64,000 nucleotides of DNA from NCBI GenBank assembly GCA_044222185.1, contig JBGANV010000001.1:352001-416000 (forward strand). Reading direction: 5' to 3'. Positions 43,485 to 52,656 of this stretch are shown piece by piece. The notes beneath the pieces were generated by a model. The model worked only from the letters and a program-made list of their open reading frames with translations, had not been told where the DNA came from and did no database searches. Position 1 is the first letter of the stretch. The number at the start of each line of letters is the position of its first letter. Source of the stretch: Planctomycetota bacterium (GTDB taxonomy: Bacteria; Planctomycetota; GCA-002687715; CAIWVZ01). The position numbers and the translations under genes are program-made.

Positions 43485-44453
43485 ATGCAATTCGCGACCA
43501 GGACGTTTCTTGCCGCGGCGGTGGCCTCGACCCTCGCCGTCGCGCAGATCCAGGTCGGCGCGCGTTGGCCGGCGGCAGAGTTGACGGGATTCACCCAGAC
43601 GGGTGCCACGTCGACCGGAGACCTCGCCGGGCGCACCGTCCTCTACGAGTTCTTCGCCTACTGGTGAGGCCCCTGCGGGTCGGCCGTTCCGCACCTGAAC
43701 GAGCTCCACGAGAAGCTCGCGGCGGAAGGGTTGACAGTCGTTGGCGTGACCAACGAAGCAAAGGGCGTGACGGACAAGTGGGTGGCGGACAAGGGCGCGA
43801 AGTACGCGTATGCGTACGACGCCGGCGGCAAGTTGATGCGCGCGTGCGGCGTGAGGGGCATTCCCCATTCGGTCGTCGTCGACCCGACGGGGAAGGTCGT
43901 CTACTCCGGCAGCCCGGGCGGGCTCAGCGAGGAGATGGTCCGAGGCTTCCTCGGCGGAGCGCTGAAAAAGCCGCTCTGGGAACTCCCCAAGTCGTTCTCC
44001 AAGGTCCGCGCGGCCGTCGTCAAGGGCGACTACGCCGCCGCGATCCGCGAGGGCGAGGCGCTCGCCCAGCAGAAAGACCCACCGGCTGAAGCGGCGGCGA
44101 TCGTCGATTCGCTGAAGAGCATGGTCACCGGCGCGGTCAAGGGTGCCGGCGAGATGGAAGCGGCCGGTGACGTTCTGGGTGCCAAGCGCGAGTACGACCG
44201 GATCCTGAAATCGGCCAAGGGGCTACCCGAGGAGGAAGCGTGCAGGGCCCGCCTCGCTGCGATCGCAGGCGATGCGGCCGTGCAGAAGTCGCTCAAGGCG
44301 CAGCTAGAACTCGAGAAGATCGAGGAGCTTCCGGGGAAGAGCAAGAAGGACGCAGAGGCGCGCAAGGTCGCCCTCGAAGCCTTCTCGAAGAAGCACCCGG
44401 ACGACTTCGCGGGAAAGCGTGCGCGCGAGCTTCTGAACCCAAAGGGCGAGTGA
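43485..44453 (+). CDS. Probable exported TlpA/thioredoxin-like selenoprotein (UxxC; TGA at 43665-43667 read as Sec)
   Basis: SD AAGGAG; signal peptide; ...GRTVLYEFFAYW-TGA-GPCGSAVPHLNELHE...VVGVT...GIPHSVVVDPTGKV in one frame joins track ORFs 43485..43667 and 43731..44453. Confidence 0.82.
43667..43696 (+). promoter_or_regulatory. Candidate bacterial SECIS hairpin
   Basis: UGCGGG(43674-79) pairs with UCCGCA(43688-93); U.U mismatch, C-G pair, then apical loop GGCC starting 15 nt after UGA; possible lower AGG/CCU pairing. Confidence 0.5.
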
Positions 44454-44667
44454 TCACCCTGGGATGACCGTCGAGACGCCCGCGAAGCTCTTCGCGGGCG
44501 TCGTCATTTCGATCGACGTGGCTCGGGCCCGCCGGGCCGAGTCTGCGTGTCGTTCCCGGTGGCGATGGACGCCCGGTTGCGGAACTCGACACGACACCGA
44601 TTCGTCGCTTACGATCGCGGCCAACCGTTCTCCCATCCGTTTCGAAACAGACAGAGGAGGTCCGAGC

Positions 44668-45951
44668 ATGAGAAGGTTCCTTTTCGTCGCGTTCGCCCTT
44701 GGCCTTTCGGTCTCGGTGCCCGCGCAGTTTTCGCAGTCGTTGCCCAACAACCTCCTGACGACTGAAGGCAGTACGTCGAGCGCGTACCCCTGGTCGACGA
44801 CGGCGGCGAACTGCTGGCATTGGAACTACGACACGTCGAACTTCGTCGCCAACTTCCCGATCATCATCACCGGCCTCTACGTTCGCCCGAATGGTGGCGG
44901 GACGAGCGCCGGTGGCACGGATCAGAACGTCGAGGTCCAGTTCGCGTCGTCGCTCGTCGATTGGAGCACGACCGGCAACGGCACCGTGTTCGCCAGCGTC
45001 ATGGATGTCGACGCGACGATCGTCTACTCGGGGAGCGTGACGATCCCCGCGGGCGTTCAGACGACGCCGGCGGCGTGGGTTCCGATCGGCCCCATCACGC
45101 CGTTCCTCTACAATCCGGCCGCGGGGAAGGACTTCATCATCCAAGTCCGCGCGCACGGTCCGAACGTCGTCGGAATGGCTGCGGTCGACCTTCACGCCAA
45201 CGGCAGCGCGCAGCGCTACGGGAGCCAGACCAGCTCGACCGTCACGGCGGCGAACTTCTCCAACGTGAACATCGTGCCCGTCGTGAAGATCGATTACGTA
45301 CCGGCGGCCGGGCTCTACGCCGGTTTCAACGCCTCGCCCGTGTCAGGCCCCGCACCGCTCACCGTGAACTTCACGAACACGAGCTACACGAGCGACCCGG
45401 GCGGATTCACCTCGTACGCGTGGGACCTGGACGGCGACAGCATCATCGACTCCACCATCCCGAACCCGACCTTCACCTACCTGGCGCCGGGCTTGAAGTC
45501 CGTCACCCTCACGGTGACGGATGCCACGAACCCGGCAAGCACCATCACGCGTACCGGGTACATCAACGTGGGGCAGTACGTTTTCAGCGCAGGGTCCAGC
45601 GGCGGAGGCGTCGGTGACCTCACGATCTCTGGAATCCCGATCATCGGCGCTCCAGCCGCGACGCAAGGCTTCACGTTGATTTCGTTCGCGACGACCTCGC
45701 CCGTAGGCACCGGTCCGTTCTTCGGTCTGGTACCGGACGCGACCGTCTTCAGCGTGCTGACGGCGCCCGCGGGAATCGGCAACCCGCTCCACTACTTGAC
45801 GGTCCCGGGGATCTATCCGGATGCGCCGCTCGTCGTCCCGCCGGGATCGCTCACGTTCCTCGCGGGTGTGTCAGCGGACTTCGCGCAGATCGGACTGGAC
45901 GCCGGCTACAACCTGCAGTTCTGGTCGACCGTGTCACGCGTCACGTTCTGA
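44668..45951 (+). CDS. Exported PKD-domain protein with conserved C-terminal domain
   Basis: SD AGGAGG; signal peptide VPA|QF; PKD motif SGPAPLTVNFTNTS..YAWDLDGD..NPTFTY..PG..VTLTV; C-terminus homologous to 2129..3214. Confidence 0.88.
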   Translation: MRRFLFVAFALGLSVSVPAQFSQSLPNNLLTTEGSTSSAYPWSTTAANCWHWNYDTSNFVANFPIIITGLYVRPNGGGTSAGGTDQNVEVQFASSLVDWSTTGNGTVFASVMDVDATIVYSGSVTIPAGVQTTPAAWVPIGPITPFLYNPAAGKDFIIQVRAHGPNVVGMAAVDLHANGSAQRYGSQTSSTVTAANFSNVNIVPVVKIDYVPAAGLYAGFNASPVSGPAPLTVNFTNTSYTSDPGGFTSYAWDLDGDSIIDSTIPNPTFTYLAPGLKSVTLTVTDATNPASTITRTGYINVGQYVFSAGSSGGGVGDLTISGIPIIGAPAATQGFTLISFATTSPVGTGPFFGLVPDATVFSVLTAPAGIGNPLHYLTVPGIYPDAPLVVPPGSLTFLAGVSADFAQIGLDAGYNLQFWSTVSRVTF

Positions 45952-45968
45952 GGCGACGCGCCCGACCG

Positions 45969-46745
45969 TCACGCCGTGAGCCCGCCGTCGAGGACGAGCG
46001 CGTGTCCTGTGATCCAGGACGAAAGGTCGGAGGCCAGGAACGCCGCCGCCTGAGCGAAGTCCTCGACGCGGCCTATGCGGCGGAGCGGAAACCGCTCCGC
46101 CAGCTCGCGCCGTTTCGCTTCCGGATCCGGTGCTCCCGTGATCATGCCGCGGTTCAGCGGCGTCTCGATGAACGCGGGCAGGATCGCATTCACCCGCACT
46201 CCAGCGGGTCCGTACCGAACGGCAAGCGACTTCATCAGTCCGAGCAGAGCCGCCTTCGCTGCGCTGTAGACGGGCATCATCCCCGCGCCGCCTCGGATCG
46301 CGAGGTAGGACGAGGTGAGGATCACGCTTCCTGAACGCGCCGCCTCCATGGGCGCCAGTGCCGAGCGTAGAACGTTGAACGCACCATCCACGGAAGGACC
46401 GATGACGGATGCGATGCTCTCCTGATTCGACGCGGGGATGTCCTCGCGGATCAGTGTCCCCGCCGCATGGATCACGATGGAAGGGGCTCCCTTCGCTGCG
46501 AGAAGTCGCGGAAGGACGGCGGCACACGCGGCAGGATCGCTGACGTCGAGCGCGTGGAATTCGGCCAGCCCCCCGCGCGACCGGAGTTCCTCGGCGGCAC
46601 GTGCGCCGCGCTCCGCGTCCCGCGCGAGGAGCAGGCACTGCGCCCCGAGCTCCGACAGCGAGCGGGCGGACGCGAGCCCCAGGCCCGACGTGCCCCCCGT
46701 GATCCACGCCACCCGCCCGTCGAGTCGGAAAACATCCGTGATCAT
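45969..46745 (-). CDS. SDR family oxidoreductase
   Basis: TGGTSGLG, YSAAK, VRVNAILP, ITG..LDGG. Confidence 0.92.
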   Translation of the reverse strand: MITDVFRLDGRVAWITGGTSGLGLASARSLSELGAQCLLLARDAERGARAAEELRSRGGLAEFHALDVSDPAACAAVLPRLLAAKGAPSIVIHAAGTLIREDIPASNQESIASVIGPSVDGAFNVLRSALAPMEAARSGSVILTSSYLAIRGGAGMMPVYSAAKAALLGLMKSLAVRYGPAGVRVNAILPAFIETPLNRGMITGAPDPEAKRRELAERFPLRRIGRVEDFAQAAAFLASDLSSWITGHALVLDGGLTA

Positions 46746-46879
46746 GTCGGAACTCTACACGCCGCGCCGCCGACGGCCGTGGCTATCCGCGAGAGCCGGG
46801 GTATCTTGTGGCGCGACGTCTGAAGTCTTGTCGCCGTGCGCGCCCGGATGCACCGACACTGCCCACTGGAGATCGACGC

Positions 46880-47242
46880 GTGCCCTGGACCGTTCAACTG
46901 GTCATGGAGAAGTTTGGCGAGGACGTCCTTCGCGACATCACTCGCGACATCAACGACCTCATGTGCGGCAAGGCGGGGCGGGGATGGAAGGTCAACCGAA
47001 CCGCCGTCCCCGAATCCGTGTGGACCAAGCTCCTGACGCAGGGCGGGTACTCGGAGGTTGGCATCGCGAAGGCGCTCTCGGGGGTCGAGCTCCTGCAATC
47101 GGACGCCGTGGGCCCGTTCAACCCCTACACGATCCACACGCTCGTGAACATCACGGCGAACAACGGCGGGCCGCTCACGGCAGACGAGTTGGACGCACTG
47201 CTGCGTTGCGCACTTCGCTACAGGCAGTTGATCAAGGACTGA
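46880..47242 (+). CDS. Hypothetical protein
   Basis: GGAGA upstream of GTG 46880; typical codon usage; no recognisable motif. Confidence 0.6.
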   Translation: MPWTVQLVMEKFGEDVLRDITRDINDLMCGKAGRGWKVNRTAVPESVWTKLLTQGGYSEVGIAKALSGVELLQSDAVGPFNPYTIHTLVNITANNGGPLTADELDALLRCALRYRQLIKD

Positions 47243-47912
47243 CCGCTTCCATGGGACGGCCGCGCAGGACGTCGCGCCCGGCTGCCCCGAGCCAGCGGTC
47301 GATTTCCTCGGCGTCGGGACCGTCGCGAAGGGTCGGCAGAAACACGGCGTAGCCGACGGACGCCGACGACAGCACGGGCTCGGAACCGGAGAGACCCGAC
47401 ACCGGCGAGGCGACGGGTCCATTGCGGTCGACGAGGACCGGGCGCCCGGAGAGATCCTGCTGCGCCGTCCTGGCTGTGGTTCGCGTCAACGTGCCCGGCG
47501 GGGCGAGTCGCAGTTGCAGCGGCGGCGACAACCGCGACGGATCGAGCGCGACCACGGGCACGGCGAATGCGAGCGCGGCGAGGCGCGCCAGGTCGACGGC
47601 GTCGTTCACCACCGGAAACGGATCACCCCGCGACACGACGCGAAAGAGGTCGTCGAGCCAGGGCCGGGATCGGTTGGGGTCTATGCCGCTCTCGCGGAGC
47701 CCCGCATGGAACGCCGCGAGCGTCGGGATCTTCGACGCATCCTTCGCCGCTTCGTGTCGTGACCGGGCTCCCGCGACGACGCGCTTGCGCAACGTTTCGA
47801 GCGCCGGCGTGTTGGTGCCGACGCGGACACGGTCGATCAGGATCCAGCGAACGGTCAGGCGCGCGAACCGCGCGGCAACTTCCGGATCGACTGGGATCGT
47901 CGGAGTGGGCAT
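47232..47912 (-). CDS. B3/B4 domain protein (PheRS beta editing-like)
   Basis: GIDPNRSRP..L...FPVVNDAVD..A...VPVVALD; LVDRNGP. Confidence 0.65.
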   Translation of the reverse strand: MPTPTIPVDPEVAARFARLTVRWILIDRVRVGTNTPALETLRKRVVAGARSRHEAAKDASKIPTLAAFHAGLRESGIDPNRSRPWLDDLFRVVSRGDPFPVVNDAVDLARLAALAFAVPVVALDPSRLSPPLQLRLAPPGTLTRTTARTAQQDLSGRPVLVDRNGPVASPVSGLSGSEPVLSSASVGYAVFLPTLRDGPDAEEIDRWLGAAGRDVLRGRPMEAVSP

Positions 47913-47995
47913 GACGGTCAGTTCTCCGCGCGGCGGGCGGGGAGGCGTCCGCGCGCTGCGATTGGGGATCGGGGCACTCGGACTATCATCGGGCC

Positions 47996-48997
47996 ATGTT
48001 TCCCGTGGTGGACGGTCACGCCGACATTTTCTCGAAGTGCATCGAGGATGGGTTGGATTATCTCGCGGACGCCGCCAGGTTTCAGGCGTCCATCGCCAAC
48101 CTGAATCGCGGCGGAGTCCGCGTTCAATGCGCCTCAGTGTATGTACCCAAGCGGTTTTCGGGGGATGAAGCCACGCACTACGCCCTTCGGATCGTGGGTG
48201 TGGGGCATCGTGTGGCGCGCCTGACGAGCGGCGCGACGTCACTCGTCAATTCCCGGCGATCGCTGGATCGGGTCTGCAACTCGGACACCCCGTCGATGGG
48301 CTTCGTCTTCTCGATGGAAGGCGCGTCGCCCCTGGCCGGGGACGCAAGTCGACTGGACGTGTTCGCGCGCTTGGGTGTGCGGATCCTGGGCCTGACCCAC
48401 AACCACGACAACGAGTGTGGCGATGGCTGCTTTTCGAAGGAGCCGAAGGGCCTCACCGAGGTCGGACGCGACATCGCGAGGGCGGCCGAGGCGCGTGGGA
48501 TCCTCCTCGATGCCGCCCACCTGAATGCTCGGAGCTTCGACCACGTCATGGGCCTGAGAACGCGGCCCGTGGTGTACTCGCACGGCGGCTCGCGCGCTCT
48601 CGTGGATTCGCCGCGCAACCTGACGGACGCCCAGGCTCGCGCCGTGGCGCAGAGCGGGGGAGTGCTCGGCGTCGACTTCTTTCCCGGGCACATCGCGCGC
48701 GACGGGAAGGCTGGCACGCTCTCGGACGTCGCGGATCACGTCGAGCATTGGGTGGCGCTCGTTGGTGCCGACTTCGTGGGGTTCGGCGGCGACATGGATG
48801 GGATCCCGACGACGCTGACGGGAGTCGAGGACGCCGGTGCCTACCCGGCGATCCTCGCGGAACTCGAGCGGCGCGGGATGAAAGCCGCCGACCTCGCGAA
48901 GATTGCCGGCGAGAACTGGATGCGCGTCCTCGGCGACGTGATGTCCGACGGCTTGGGCACGCCGGAGGCGGGTGATAGCCTGTCCGCCCAACCATAG
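47996..48997 (+). CDS. Membrane dipeptidase (M19/renal dipeptidase family)
   Basis: DGHAD, SMEGA, LTHN, DAAH, YSH, RNLTD, GGDMDG, GENWMRV. Confidence 0.9.
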   Translation: MFPVVDGHADIFSKCIEDGLDYLADAARFQASIANLNRGGVRVQCASVYVPKRFSGDEATHYALRIVGVGHRVARLTSGATSLVNSRRSLDRVCNSDTPSMGFVFSMEGASPLAGDASRLDVFARLGVRILGLTHNHDNECGDGCFSKEPKGLTEVGRDIARAAEARGILLDAAHLNARSFDHVMGLRTRPVVYSHGGSRALVDSPRNLTDAQARAVAQSGGVLGVDFFPGHIARDGKAGTLSDVADHVEHWVALVGADFVGFGGDMDGIPTTLTGVEDAGAYPAILAELERRGMKAADLAKIAGENWMRVLGDVMSDGLGTPEAGDSLSAQP

Positions 48998-49054
48998 TGG
49001 AGACGGCTTGTGACGCCCAGATCGGGCTCATCCGTCGCCCGAGCGAGAACGACG

Positions 49055-49276
49055 ATGAAGGACGGCATCCACCCCAAGTACGTGAGCTGCAAGGTGACCT
49101 GCGGCTGCGGAGCGAGCTTCGTGACCCGGTCGACGCGACCGGAGATCAACGTCGAAATCTGCTCGAACTGCCACCCGTTCTACTCGGGCAAGCAGAAGTT
49201 CGTCGACACGGCCGGACGCGTCGAGCGCTTCATGAAGCGGTACGGCACCAAGGCTCCCGCCAAGAGCGGTAGCTGA
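49055..49276 (+). CDS. rpmE: 50S ribosomal protein L31 (Zn-binding type)
   Basis: [37 protein letters not shown]. Confidence 0.96.
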   Translation: MKDGIHPKYVSCKVTCGCGASFVTRSTRPEINVEICSNCHPFYSGKQKFVDTAGRVERFMKRYGTKAPAKSGS

Positions 49277-49309
49277 TCTTCGGCCTTGGGGCCGGGACAT
49301 TGATGCCCC

Positions 49310-50416
49310 ATGGCCGTCTCCCTCGTCGCCCGACTCGCGCCCAAGCTCGGCGAGATGGCCGGTCGCCTGCTCGAGGTCGACCGGCTGCTGGCTGATCCCA
49401 GCGTGAACATCAACCCGGCGCGCGTCTCCGAGTTGATGCGTGAGCGAGGACCCCTCGAGCAGCGGGTTGCCGTGTTCCGTGAATGGGAGCGGCGGTCCCG
49501 GTCGATCGAGGAGACCCGTCAGGCCGCGGCGAACGAATCGGATCGCGAGATGGTTGCGCTCTTCCAATCCGAGCTCGACTCCGAGGCGGCGCGCCTCGCG
49601 GTCCTCGAGGCCCAGCTCGTCGACTTCTTCCTGCTCGACGATTCGGACCCGGATCGGAACGTGATCGTGGAGATCCGCGCCGGTACCGGCGGTGACGAAG
49701 CGGCGCTCTGGGCCGGGGACCTCATGCGCATGTACACGCGCTACGCCGAGAGCCGGCGGTGGAACGTCGAGATGCTCTCCGAGAGTCCAACCCCGTTGGG
49801 CGGGTTCCGGGAAGTCATCGCGCGCATCACCGGGAGCGGTGTCTTCGGGCGCCTGCAATTCGAGAGCGGTGTCCACCGGGTGCAGCGCGTTCCAGTCACC
49901 GAGAACCAGGGCCGGGTCCACACCTCCACGGCGACCGTGGCCGTCCTGCCGGAGGTGTCGGACGTCGAGGTTCAATTGCGCGATCAGGATCTGAAGATCG
50001 ACGTCTACCGATCGTCGGGCCCCGGTGGGCAGAACGTGAACAAGACCTCGTCCGCCATTCGCGTCACGCATCTCCCATCGGGAATCGTCGTCGCGTGCCA
50101 GGACGAACGGTCTCAACACAAGAACCGCGAACGAGCGCTGGCGATCCTGCGGTCCCGCCTCTTCGACCAGGCGCGCGAGGAGCGCGACAAGAAGCGCGCT
50201 GCGGACCGGCGTCAGCAGGTCGGAACCGGCGATCGCTCGGAGAAGATCCGGACGTACAACTTTCCGCAGTCACGGGTCACCGATCACCGCGTCGAAGGCG
50301 TGAAGACTCACGACCTTCATGCCGTGCTCGACGGGCGCCTGGACGATCTCGTTCAGCCGCTGCTCGACCACGTGCGGGAGCTTCGCCTGCGCGAACTCCT
50401 GGCGAGCTCGGCGTGA
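49310..50416 (+). CDS. prfA: Peptide chain release factor 1
   Basis: EIRAGTGGDEA, PVT anticodon motif, GGQ, RTYNFPQ. Confidence 0.96.
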   Translation: MAVSLVARLAPKLGEMAGRLLEVDRLLADPSVNINPARVSELMRERGPLEQRVAVFREWERRSRSIEETRQAAANESDREMVALFQSELDSEAARLAVLEAQLVDFFLLDDSDPDRNVIVEIRAGTGGDEAALWAGDLMRMYTRYAESRRWNVEMLSESPTPLGGFREVIARITGSGVFGRLQFESGVHRVQRVPVTENQGRVHTSTATVAVLPEVSDVEVQLRDQDLKIDVYRSSGPGGQNVNKTSSAIRVTHLPSGIVVACQDERSQHKNRERALAILRSRLFDQAREERDKKRAADRRQQVGTGDRSEKIRTYNFPQSRVTDHRVEGVKTHDLHAVLDGRLDDLVQPLLDHVRELRLRELLASSA

Positions 50417-50450
50417 GCCGGGTTCGGTCGATCGGATCGGGGCCGTCGCG

Positions 50451-51314
50451 ATGATCTGGACGGTCGTCGACATCCTGCGTGCGTCGACCGAGTTCCTATC
50501 ACGGCAGCGCGTGGATGGGGCCCGGCTCGACGCCGAGGTTCTTTTGGCGCATGTGCTCGGGAAGTCGCGCCTCGATCTGTATCTGATGCACGACATGCCC
50601 GTGGACGAAGGTGTCCGGGCCCGGTATCGGGAGCTCGTGCGCGCCCGTGCCCGCGCGACTCCCGTCGCCTACCTCATCGGCGGGCGGGAGTTCTACGGGA
50701 TCTGGTTCGATGTCGATGCGCGGGTGCTGATTCCACGGCCCGAGACCGAGCACCTCGTCGACGCCGGGCTCGAATGGCTGGCCGAGAACGCGGCCAGCGG
50801 TCGGTTGCCGCTCGTCATCGACGTGTGCACCGGCAGCGGATGTGTCGCGGTGGCGATGGCGTTGCGCCACCCCGGTGCGACGTTCGTGGCGGCGGACGTC
50901 TCGGACGACGCGCTGGCCGTCGCGCGCAAGAACGTGGAGCGCCTGGTGCCCGGGCGCGTCGACCTCGTCCGATCGGATCTCCTGGCTTCGGTGAGGCCCG
51001 GCGAGGCGATCGACCTGCTCGTGGCGAATCCGCCGTACGTCACGCAGTCAGAGTTCGCGGAGGTGTCGGCGGACGTGAAGCAGGAGCCAGAAATGGCCCT
51101 ACTTTGCGGCGATGATCCCCTGTCGTTTCACAAATCCATCCTGCAGCAGGCCTGGCCACGCGTGAGCTCCGGCGGGCGAGTGGCTCTCGAACTCGGCGCC
51201 GGGGCCTCGGATCTCGTGGCGTGGATTCGCGGGGCGTACCCCGACAGCCTCGTGCGCGTGCGCGACGACTACGCGAAGCACCCGCGCGTGGTCATCGCCG
51301 ACAAGGCGCGCTGA
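50451..51314 (+). CDS. prmC: Release factor glutamine methyltransferase
   Basis: VLIPRPETE, DVCTGSG, NPPY. Confidence 0.94.
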   Translation: MIWTVVDILRASTEFLSRQRVDGARLDAEVLLAHVLGKSRLDLYLMHDMPVDEGVRARYRELVRARARATPVAYLIGGREFYGIWFDVDARVLIPRPETEHLVDAGLEWLAENAASGRLPLVIDVCTGSGCVAVAMALRHPGATFVAADVSDDALAVARKNVERLVPGRVDLVRSDLLASVRPGEAIDLLVANPPYVTQSEFAEVSADVKQEPEMALLCGDDPLSFHKSILQQAWPRVSSGGRVALELGAGASDLVAWIRGAYPDSLVRVRDDYAKHPRVVIADKAR

Positions 51315-51320
51315 ACGCCG

Positions 51321-51692
51321 TCAGGCCGTGGGGATTGGCGCGGCGCGCGCCACGAGCTTGTCGATGGCAGCGCGATCCTCCGGCTTGATCGCCGTGAAGA
51401 ACAGGCCCACGTCGTACTCGCCGTCGACTCGACGCTGCGAGCGGACCACCGCTGCCTCGCAGGAGATGCTCCGCGAGCTGCCGTCCGCTTCATCGACCTG
51501 GAAGCGGATCTTCACGTGGGCCATTTCGGGGAAGGCCACGTTGCTCACGGCGCAGGCGCCGATCCGACTCACGTTCGAGATCCGGCACTTGATGTCTTGA
51601 CGGCTCGCGGACGCGACGACGCCCTCGATGTCGGTCTCCGCGCGCGCAGCGCGGCGTTGGTCCGGGCGGTCGGAATTCTGATCGGTTCGCAT
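51321..51692 (-). CDS. Stand-alone PilZ domain protein
   Basis: QRRAAR (RxxxR), NVSRIG ([DN]xSxxG), VGLFF. Confidence 0.85.
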   Translation of the reverse strand: MRTDQNSDRPDQRRAARAETDIEGVVASASRQDIKCRISNVSRIGACAVSNVAFPEMAHVKIRFQVDEADGSSRSISCEAAVVRSQRRVDGEYDVGLFFTAIKPEDRAAIDKLVARAAPIPTA

Positions 51693-51878
51693 GGTATGTC
51701 CTGACGCCGTCGCCCCGTCGATTGCGGGTGTCACCCCCGTCCGTACAATCCGGGGCAGTATCGGGCGATCGTGTCTGATTCTTTCGGCAGAGTGCGCTCT
51801 GCGATTTGACATCCGGTTGCCCCGCTTTTTTGACGGGCCGGCCATCCGCGCTCCGGAGGGCCCGGCCGGGAGACTTCG

Positions 51879-52379
51879 ATGGCGAGCTTCAACAAGGTGA
51901 TTCTGATGGGCAACCTGACCCGCGATCCGGAACTCAAGTTCCTGCCGAGCGGGACGCCCGTGGCCGAGTTCGGGCTCGCCATGAACCGGAAGTGGACCGA
52001 CACCCAGACGAATCAACCCCGCGAGGCGGTGACGTTCGTCGACTGCAAGTCCATGGGGCGACAGGCCGAGGTGCTGAACCAGTACTGCAAGAAGGGGAGC
52101 CCCCTGTTCATCGAGGGACGCCTCGACTACCGCCAATGGGATGCTCAGGACGGCACCAAGCGCAGCAAGCTCGAGGTCTTCGTGGAGAACTTCCAGTTCG
52201 TAGGCGCGCCCCGGGAGCAGGGAGCAGGTGGCGCCGATGGAGCTCCGGCGCCGGGTCGCGGGGCTCCGCGCCCTGCCGGCCGTTCCATGTCCCAGGGGCG
52301 GGCCGCCGAGTCGGCGGGCGACATGGAGGCCCCCGCAGGGTTCTCGGCGCCGACGCCCGACGACGACGTCCCGTTCTGA
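51879..52379 (+). CDS. ssb: Single-stranded DNA-binding protein
   Basis: NKVILMGNLTRDPE, IEGRL, acidic tail DDDVPF. Confidence 0.96.
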   Translation: MASFNKVILMGNLTRDPELKFLPSGTPVAEFGLAMNRKWTDTQTNQPREAVTFVDCKSMGRQAEVLNQYCKKGSPLFIEGRLDYRQWDAQDGTKRSKLEVFVENFQFVGAPREQGAGGADGAPAPGRGAPRPAGRSMSQGRAAESAGDMEAPAGFSAPTPDDDVPF

Positions 52380-52656
52380 GTCCGGTCGCTCGCCGCCACT
52401 GACCTCCCGCGAGCGGCTGCCGCTCGCGCCGCGGCCCCTGCGGGCTCGCCGCCCGCCAAAAACTTGGGCACGTTGCCGCCAACCCCCTGCCTCGAAAGAG
52501 CTTCCGTCCGCTCGCCGGGGGCATTGACCTTTTTTCAAGGTCGTTGCACGCGAAAAAAAATCCGCCATAGAATGGCGACGCCCCCGTTCCCCCACGAAGA
52601 CCACGCTCACATCGAGCAACGGCGAGACTCGCTGCGAAGCGCAGCGACAAACAAAG

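Noticed and set aside
43485-44453. Two separate genes (60 aa + 240 aa with TTG start) or a pseudogene
   Set aside because: Both parts are in the same frame, the stop is precisely at the catalytic Cys position, and there is no other sign of decay. Recoding is the more economical reading, though unproven.
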